DNA from: Deltaproteobacteria bacterium
Lineage (GTDB): Bacteria > Myxococcota > JACRCW01
DNA: 33,293 nt
NCBI GenBank assembly: GCA_016218805.1
Contig: JACRCW010000088.1
Location: 1 to 33,293, forward strand
Direction: 5' to 3'
The position numbers were made by a program, and so were the translations under genes. How positions within the stretch are numbered: position 1 is the first letter of the stretch; each line of letters begins with the position of its first letter. The notes under the pieces are model-generated. The model was not told the DNA's origin, did no database searches, and worked only from the letters and a program-made list of their open reading frames with translations. Below are positions 27,184 to 33,293 of the stretch, in pieces.

Positions 27184-30100
27184 ATGAAGCGGTCTCACCT
27201 GGTTGCGGCGCTGGCGTTGGCTGTGGGGTCGCTGGCGGGTTGCGGCGGTCCTCCGGGCCGTGACGGTGACCCGGGCCAAGCAGGACCCAGCGGAGAGGTG
27301 GGCCCAACCGGCGACACCGGGCCGCGCGGACCGCGCGGTGACACGGGCGATCCCGGCCCCACCGGCGCTCCCGGCCCCGCGGGCAGCACCGGCGCCACCG
27401 GGGACACCGGCGCCACCGGAGACACCGGCCCCAGCGGCCCCACCGGGGACACCGGCCCCCAGGGCCCAACGGGCCCCACCGGGGACACCGGCCCCCAAGG
27501 CCCGCGCGGCAACACCGGCCCCCAGGGCCCCGCCGGCCCCCAGGGCCCCGCCGGCAGCACCGGCCCGCTGGACACCGAGCTCGGCCCCTACGAAGACCTG
27601 CCCGGCGTCGCCGTCACCATCACCACCATCACCGGCGCCACCCGGTCAGACGGCAACTTCCAGGCGGGGGACACGCTGGCGGTCACCTTCTCCATTGCCA
27701 CGCAGGACGGCGCCGCCATCCCGCTGAGCGAGGTTGACAGCGCCGCCATCTGGGTGGCCGGGCCAACCAACCACTACCAGCGCGTCATCCCCTCGGCGCG
27801 TGATGCGTTCTCCCTCAGCGACGTGAAAACGCTGGCCGCCAGCAACGGCAACGGCACCTACACGTACACGTTTGCCGCCCCGCTGCCGGCCACCTACGGC
27901 TCACCGCTGTTTGACACCACCAAGTTCACCCAGGGCGAACTCACCGGCCAGACCCTGGAAGCGGGGACCTACAGCGTGTCGCTGCGCCTGTACAAGAACT
28001 ACTCGGTGGAGGGGACCACCTACCGCGACGTGGGCTACGACGTGGGGTACTTCCTCCTTGGCGCGGCCACGGTCCTGGACCCGCGCGCGGTGGTGACGGA
28101 CAACAACTGCAACCAGTGCCACGTGCGGGTGCAGGCCCACGGCGGCAGCTACCGCAGCGTGAATCTGTGCGTCACCTGCCACACCGCCGGCGCGGAAGAC
28201 CGCAACAGCACGGACACCGGTGACGCCACCCCGCAGACCATTGAGTTTGGCGTGATGATCCACAAGATCCACAACGGCGAGCACCTGCCCTCCGTCAACG
28301 GCATCACCGTCGACGCCACGGGCAACCTGGTCTACGGCACCGGTACGCCGTACGCCGTGGGCGGCAACGTTGCCACGGACTACTCCAACGTGGCCTTCCC
28401 CGTCTGGCCCAACCTCAACATCGCCATGCCCAGGGACCAGGGCTATTCCGCCCTCACCCCCGCCGCCAAGGCCGCCGAAGACCGCGTGCGCACCGGCGTC
28501 ACCGCCTGCGCCAAGTGCCACGGTGACCCTGACGGCGCCACCGGGCCCATGCCCGCCCCGGCCCAGGGTGACAACGCCTACACCGCCGCCTCCCGCCGCG
28601 CGTGCGGCTCCTGCCATGACGACGTCAACTGGGACCGCACCTACCGCGCCAACGGCCTGTCCATGGGCGCGCAGAGCGGTGAGACCTCCTGCCTGATGTG
28701 CCACAGCGACTCCCTCTACGGCTCCGTGCAGACCGTGCACCGCCACCCGCTGGAGGACCCGGCCATCAACAAGGGCGCCAGGTTCAACCTCACCGCCGTC
28801 ACCGGCGGGACGGGCGGCGGCGGCAACTTCCAGGCGGGGGATCCCGTGCTGCTCGCCTTCACCATCCAGGATGACGCCGGCGCTGACCTGCCCATCGGCG
28901 CCATGGACGCCGCCAGCGCGCTGATTGTCGGTCCCACCACCAACTACAACGCCGTGCTGCCCTATCCCTCCGCCAACGGGCTGGCCATCAACCCGTTTGA
29001 TTTCAGCGGGCGGCTGGTCTCCAGCTCCACCAACGGCAAGGGCGCCATGAGCAAGGTGCTGCCCGCCTCCATCACCGCATCCGAACCCCTGGAGGTCCGC
29101 TTCTCCTCCTCCACCGCCTTTGACGTCACCGGCCGGCTCTCCGGCGCGCTGGGCAGCGGCACCCTGGCCACCGCCGCCAGCACCAACCCGGCGGGATCCT
29201 CCGTCTCCGCGCTGGCGCTGTCCGCCGCCACCGCCGCCGGCACCTGGTCCATTGAGTTCACCAGCGCCACGGCGTTCACCGTCAAGAACCCGTCCGGCAC
29301 CGCGGTGGGTGCCGGGGGAACCCTGCCCGCCGCCACCGCGGCGTCCACGCGGTTTGCCAATGCCGCCATATCCTTCAATCTCAGCGTTGGCACCACCGCG
29401 TTTGCCACCGGCAACACCGTGTTTGTCACCGTGTTCAAGGGCGGCGCCGCCAACGCGGTGGTGTTTGGCATCATCCACGGCCGCACGGCGTTTGCTGCCA
29501 ATGACCGCTTCTACCAGGAGGTGGTGGCGCCGGCCGCCAGCTACACCGTCAACCTCCCCATGGACCTGGCCTTGGAACTGCTGGGCCGCGGTGACGGCAC
29601 CGTGGGCCAGCAACTCACCGCCGCCAACCTCCCCGTCTACTGGGGCCGCCAGCTGGTTTGGGAGCGCACCGCCCTCACCGGCACCGCCACCGCCCTCACC
29701 GCCCCAAGCGCGTTCCTGGACCGCTACATGGACGTGGCCGCCGTGGATGCCGGGCTTGCCAGTGGGGACTTTGTCGTTGTGGACAACGGCGGCACCGGCA
29801 CGGAAGAGTACGTGCAGGTTGGCCTGGTGGAGAACACCGCCAGCCTCAAGCGCGTGTGGTTCCGCACACCGCTGCGCTACGCGCACGCCGTCGGCACGGC
29901 GTTCCAGGAGGCCACCTTCACGCTGCGCCTGGAAGGCACGGATTACACGTTGGATGACACCAACGGACGCATCACTTCCGCCGGCACCGGCTTTGGCAGC
30001 GGCAACCCGGTGATCATGAGCTACCGCACCCATGGCCGGTTCGGCTGGCGCCGCCACGGTGGAGACACCGTGCAGGCGGTCTACGCGGCGCCGCCCAATG

Positions 30101-30849
30101 ACTCCCCGGACCTGGGCGAATCCGCCGGCGAATGGGCGGGCAGGTCCTACGTGGACGGGACGTACACGGTGGGCCTGTGGGCCGCGCCGAATATCGACGT
30201 GGCCCTGTTTGGCGAGCTGCAGACCTACCGCGGCACCTCCGAACCGGCCACGCGGGACGTCCTGTACGGCGGCGCCACCACCGTGGCCCCGTACGGCTTC
30301 ATCTCGGGCGCGGGGAATACCTGCTATTCCTGCCACAATGACCTGTATTTCCACGGCGGCGGCCGCCACGGATTCAACACCTGCATCCTGTGCCACGGCA
30401 TTGCCGGCGGCGAGGACTGGGCGCGCTACAGCCCCAATACGGCCTATACCGTGGGCGCCACGCCCGGCGTGACCATTGATTTCCGCACCATGCTGCACAA
30501 GATCCACAAGGGTAAGGAACTGGCCAACGCGGCAACCTACCAGGTCAACGGCTTCTCCAGCGCAGCCAGCTACGCTGAGGTGGTGTTCCCCGCCTGGCCC
30601 GACGGCACCAAGAACTGCACCACCTGCCATGGCACCAGCACCGCCTGGGAGTACCCCAGCGCGCCCGCGCACCCGGACCAGACCACGGACCCCACGCCGG
30701 CCAGGTTTGTGTGCGGCGCGTGCCATGACTCCACCGCGGCGCAGGCGCACATTGACAGCAACACCAGCCCCGCCGGCCAGGAGTCCTGCGCCGTCTGCCA
30801 CGGCCAGGGCCGCGACAAGAACGTGAAGCTGGCCCACAAGGTCCGCTGA
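27184..30849 (+). CDS. Collagen-stalked decaheme c-type cytochrome lipoprotein (OmcA/MtrC-like)
   Basis: Lipobox LAGC; 36 Gly-X-Y triplets; ten CxxCH in two groups of five; MIHKIH/MLHKIH motifs; [10 protein letters not shown] domain I strand. Confidence 0.92.
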   Translation: MKRSHLVAALALAVGSLAGCGGPPGRDGDPGQAGPSGEVGPTGDTGPRGPRGDTGDPGPTGAPGPAGSTGATGDTGATGDTGPSGPTGDTGPQGPTGPTGDTGPQGPRGNTGPQGPAGPQGPAGSTGPLDTELGPYEDLPGVAVTITTITGATRSDGNFQAGDTLAVTFSIATQDGAAIPLSEVDSAAIWVAGPTNHYQRVIPSARDAFSLSDVKTLAASNGNGTYTYTFAAPLPATYGSPLFDTTKFTQGELTGQTLEAGTYSVSLRLYKNYSVEGTTYRDVGYDVGYFLLGAATVLDPRAVVTDNNCNQCHVRVQAHGGSYRSVNLCVTCHTAGAEDRNSTDTGDATPQTIEFGVMIHKIHNGEHLPSVNGITVDATGNLVYGTGTPYAVGGNVATDYSNVAFPVWPNLNIAMPRDQGYSALTPAAKAAEDRVRTGVTACAKCHGDPDGATGPMPAPAQGDNAYTAASRRACGSCHDDVNWDRTYRANGLSMGAQSGETSCLMCHSDSLYGSVQTVHRHPLEDPAINKGARFNLTAVTGGTGGGGNFQAGDPVLLAFTIQDDAGADLPIGAMDAASALIVGPTTNYNAVLPYPSANGLAINPFDFSGRLVSSSTNGKGAMSKVLPASITASEPLEVRFSSSTAFDVTGRLSGALGSGTLATAASTNPAGSSVSALALSAATAAGTWSIEFTSATAFTVKNPSGTAVGAGGTLPAATAASTRFANAAISFNLSVGTTAFATGNTVFVTVFKGGAANAVVFGIIHGRTAFAANDRFYQEVVAPAASYTVNLPMDLALELLGRGDGTVGQQLTAANLPVYWGRQLVWERTALTGTATALTAPSAFLDRYMDVAAVDAGLASGDFVVVDNGGTGTEEYVQVGLVENTASLKRVWFRTPLRYAHAVGTAFQEATFTLRLEGTDYTLDDTNGRITSAGTGFGSGNPVIMSYRTHGRFGWRRHGGDTVQAVYAAPPNDSPDLGESAGEWAGRSYVDGTYTVGLWAAPNIDVALFGELQTYRGTSEPATRDVLYGGATTVAPYGFISGAGNTCYSCHNDLYFHGGGRHGFNTCILCHGIAGGEDWARYSPNTAYTVGATPGVTIDFRTMLHKIHKGKELANAATYQVNGFSSAASYAEVVFPAWPDGTKNCTTCHGTSTAWEYPSAPAHPDQTTDPTPARFVCGACHDSTAAQAHIDSNTSPAGQESCAVCHGQGRDKNVKLAHKVR
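27247..27570 (+). repeat. Collagen-like (Gly-X-Y)36 repeat
   Basis: Uninterrupted from GPP GRD GDP to GST GPL. Confidence 0.95.
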
Positions 30850-30859
30850 GCGCGCGCGT

Positions 30860-30893
30860 GGCCCGGCGGGGGCACCTTCACCGCCGCCGGGCC
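30860..30893 (+). terminator. Possible terminator hairpin after the cytochrome gene
   Basis: GGCCCGGCGG..CCGCCGGGCC 10-bp stem 10 nt after the stop; only a weak U-tract. Confidence 0.4.
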
Positions 30894-31390
30894 GCTGTCT
30901 TCCCCGTCAATCTGTGCTGCCCGCGCGCGTCACGGCACCGCCAGCTTCTCCGCCGCGGCCCCGGCCCTGCCGCGCAGTGGGCGTCATCTTCTCCAAGCGC
31001 CCGGCCGACCGCCCCCAACGTCCATGATGTCATAGCCACCACGCGGGAGCCCCTCTCCCGCGTGCACCACAACCCCTGGCCGACCCCGCTCAGCAGCGGT
31101 CGGTGCTCTCCACGCCCATGTCACACGCACGGGTTGTGGTTCACTTGAGGTCGTCGCGATCAACTCCCTCAGATGGACTTTTGCCTCCTTTCCATGCCGG
31201 GCACACTCGTGGCAACGAACTCGGCCATTCCGCCCTAATCACGGAGTTGCCGAGGACCCATGCGACGGTTCGCAATGTCTTGTCGACGCGCGGCAGGACG
31301 ATGCGTGGTTTGGCCGCGCTCGGCGGCGCCCCGGGCACCCCCACGGGCGCAATCGCCCACGGGGTGGGACGCTTCACCAGGACGGGCCGT

Positions 31391-32767
31391 CTATGGCTGT
31401 AGGGCCGTCTGGCTGAACGTCCACCACCGGATTTCTCCTCGAAGGACCGCGAAGAGGCGGACATTGTCCATGGCCATGAGGCGCGGGTCACGGGGCACCT
31501 GGCTTTCCGGGATTGGAATCTCGCGCACGGTTGCTTGGTCCACGTTCACCCAAAACACTCTCCGGTCGGCACGGCGGACAACAAGATGGTCCAATGAGGC
31601 AAAGAGCGTGAGATGGGTGCCCACACCCGCGGCGGTGCCCGCAGACTCGGGCAGCTTGATGCGGCGCTCCTCCGACCAGCCGGCCTCGGCAAGTCGGAGC
31701 ACGAGGAGGGCCCGACCCGCGACGACGATGCGAGAGCGTGAAAAGACAATGTCCGAAGGAGTGTCTGGCAACCTGATGGACTGCGCGACCCGAAACGCCC
31801 CGGATTCACGCCGATAGACGTCCAAGTGATAGGCACCGCCGTGATGCTCTGTGGTCAGCACCAGCGTCGAGCCATCCGGTGAAAGCGAGAGCCCCCACCA
31901 AAGATCGCTCGCGGTTGGGGCAAAGGGAAGCTGCGTCCCGTGCCAGCGACCTGCCTCCTTTTGAAACTGGAGAAGAGCAGAACTGGCCTCGTCGAGCGGC
32001 TCGTTCCTGATGTCCGACCCCGGATTGGCGAGGGTGAACAGTTGGCCACCACGAAGGATGACCGGTTTCCCGTATCCGGACTCGAAACCGCGGGCTCCGC
32101 TCTCGCGCCACGGCGGAATCACCTCCACACGTGACCAGCGTCCCTCCGCCTCCTCAAGGACGAGAAGCGAGCAATTCCAGTGCTCGCCGAGCCGCCCCAC
32201 CGCCAGGCGCGTACCACCCGCGGATGCGTCGAGCGCCAACTCCGGCGCATAGTCGACGTCACCATCCTGGTCCGTATGCACTGGAATGCGGGTGGTCCAG
32301 TGGATGGCTCCCGCCCCGAGAACGCCCGCCCACACGTACGGCGTCCGCGATTCGCCCTGGTGCCCTCCAACGAGGATCCGAATTCCTTCAACGGCAATGG
32401 ACGTAATCTCGAAGCCCGGCGGACCGTTGGCGCGGCCTGGTTCTCCCAACACAATGGGCGGCTCCGCCTGTGTGCTCGGGGACCCCTGCCCGGGCTGCGG
32501 CGCGGGTCCGGCGCTGGGGGCGGGATTGCTCGGATGGTCGGACATGGGTCCCTTTGGCAGCTGGGCAGGTTGCGGATTGCCGGGGCACGCCGCGAGCAAC
32601 AGCGCAGGGAGTGTGACCACCCGCAGGAGCCTCGCGAGTTCGTTCGTCGCTGTTGATGATACCGCTCCGGTGTCGTCACGCTCGCGGGAATGTGAGAACC
32701 GCAACACAAACGTATTGGAATGCTGTAGGGGGTGAGCAGGTGCCCTTCGGAACGCACCATCCGGCAT
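31391..32767 (-). CDS. Hypothetical protein, possible lipoprotein with a beta-rich (propeller-like) domain; start uncertain
   Basis: ORF open to 32920; LLLAAC lipobox-like segment (~32585-32602), Pro-rich linker, strand-rich repeats (LSLSPDGSTLVL); codon usage less GC3-biased than its neighbours. Confidence 0.55.
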   Translation of the reverse strand: MPDGAFRRAPAHPLQHSNTFVLRFSHSRERDDTGAVSSTATNELARLLRVVTLPALLLAACPGNPQPAQLPKGPMSDHPSNPAPSAGPAPQPGQGSPSTQAEPPIVLGEPGRANGPPGFEITSIAVEGIRILVGGHQGESRTPYVWAGVLGAGAIHWTTRIPVHTDQDGDVDYAPELALDASAGGTRLAVGRLGEHWNCSLLVLEEAEGRWSRVEVIPPWRESGARGFESGYGKPVILRGGQLFTLANPGSDIRNEPLDEASSALLQFQKEAGRWHGTQLPFAPTASDLWWGLSLSPDGSTLVLTTEHHGGAYHLDVYRRESGAFRVAQSIRLPDTPSDIVFSRSRIVVAGRALLVLRLAEAGWSEERRIKLPESAGTAAGVGTHLTLFASLDHLVVRRADRRVFWVNVDQATVREIPIPESQVPRDPRLMAMDNVRLFAVLRGEIRWWTFSQTALQP

Positions 32768-33293
32768 GTCCTGGGCCTCACAGGAGGGCCTCCAGATTCG
32801 ACTCCTCACGCCGTAGACTGTGCCCCGCGCGGCGGCTTCCGGCAACCGGCTCCCCCGGCTGGTCTTCGGTAGGCTGCAAGGTGCCAGGCGGATGCCGGAG
32901 GCCGCCGTGAGGGAACGCAACGAGCTCCGTGCAGCAGGTGGCTGTCGCCGTCAGGGACGGACCCTGCCGTGGTGCGCCCGGAGTGACCAAACCGCATGAT
33001 GCGGTGCGGCGGCGGAACCGCTCCAGGGAGCACGCCACGGGGCGTGTGGTTGAACCCAGCACCGCACCCGTGCGGACGCGGCTGGGGCGCATGCTTGGCT
33101 TCTCACGGCTGAATGGGCAGCTTGCCGCTTGATTGCACCGACCCCGGGAAATAAATGGCTCTCCTGCACTCCGAGTGGGTCTGATTGCATTGAATTCACC
33201 AGCGTTTCGTTGGCTGTGGCGGGCAAGACCCACCGGGCTTGACATAGGCAGCGCGATGACGGCCTCGACGCCCGTACTCCGGGCAGCGGCGCT

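Noticed and set aside
27901..30837. 978-aa minus-strand ORF
   Set aside because: Antisense shadow of the cytochrome gene, a typical high-GC artefact with no motifs.
32778..33293. Short ORFs, a TGATTGCA direct repeat and TTGACA near the window end
   Set aside because: No coding signature, no complete FNR-type palindrome, and no downstream gene visible to support a promoter call.

Overview
GC-rich bacterial chromosomal window; gene content and protein style suggest Myxococcota/'Deltaproteobacteria' (inference). It holds about 23 genes. Cell-envelope and glycan genes: O-antigen-ligase-like/TPR protein, DegT-type sugar aminotransferase, ABC exporter, an rmlC-SDR-rmlD operon ending in an RgpF-like gene, and a TMTC-like GT-C/TPR protein. 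Others: mrdA(PBP2)-rodA, a SWIM-SNF2 helicase with a C-terminal HEPN-like domain, a Uma2 endonuclease, a SEC-C protein, a GNAT, a degenerate CarH/LitR-like MerR regulator, a lipase, a protein with a pseudokinase-like C-terminus, and a frameshifted small lipoprotein. The standout gene (27184-30849) encodes a lipid-anchored decaheme MtrC/OmcA-like cytochrome with 36 uninterrupted collagen Gly-X-Y triplets and a ~350-400 aa beta-rich insertion resembling phage structural-protein domains. It lies divergent from the TMTC-like glycosyltransferase and has no mtrA/mtrB partner in the window. Non-coding features include a 165-bp tandem repeat with GTAG-type REP palindromes and two highly structured intergenic elements (5437-5658, 23561-23875). 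All protein calls come from motifs read by eye; no database searches were run.
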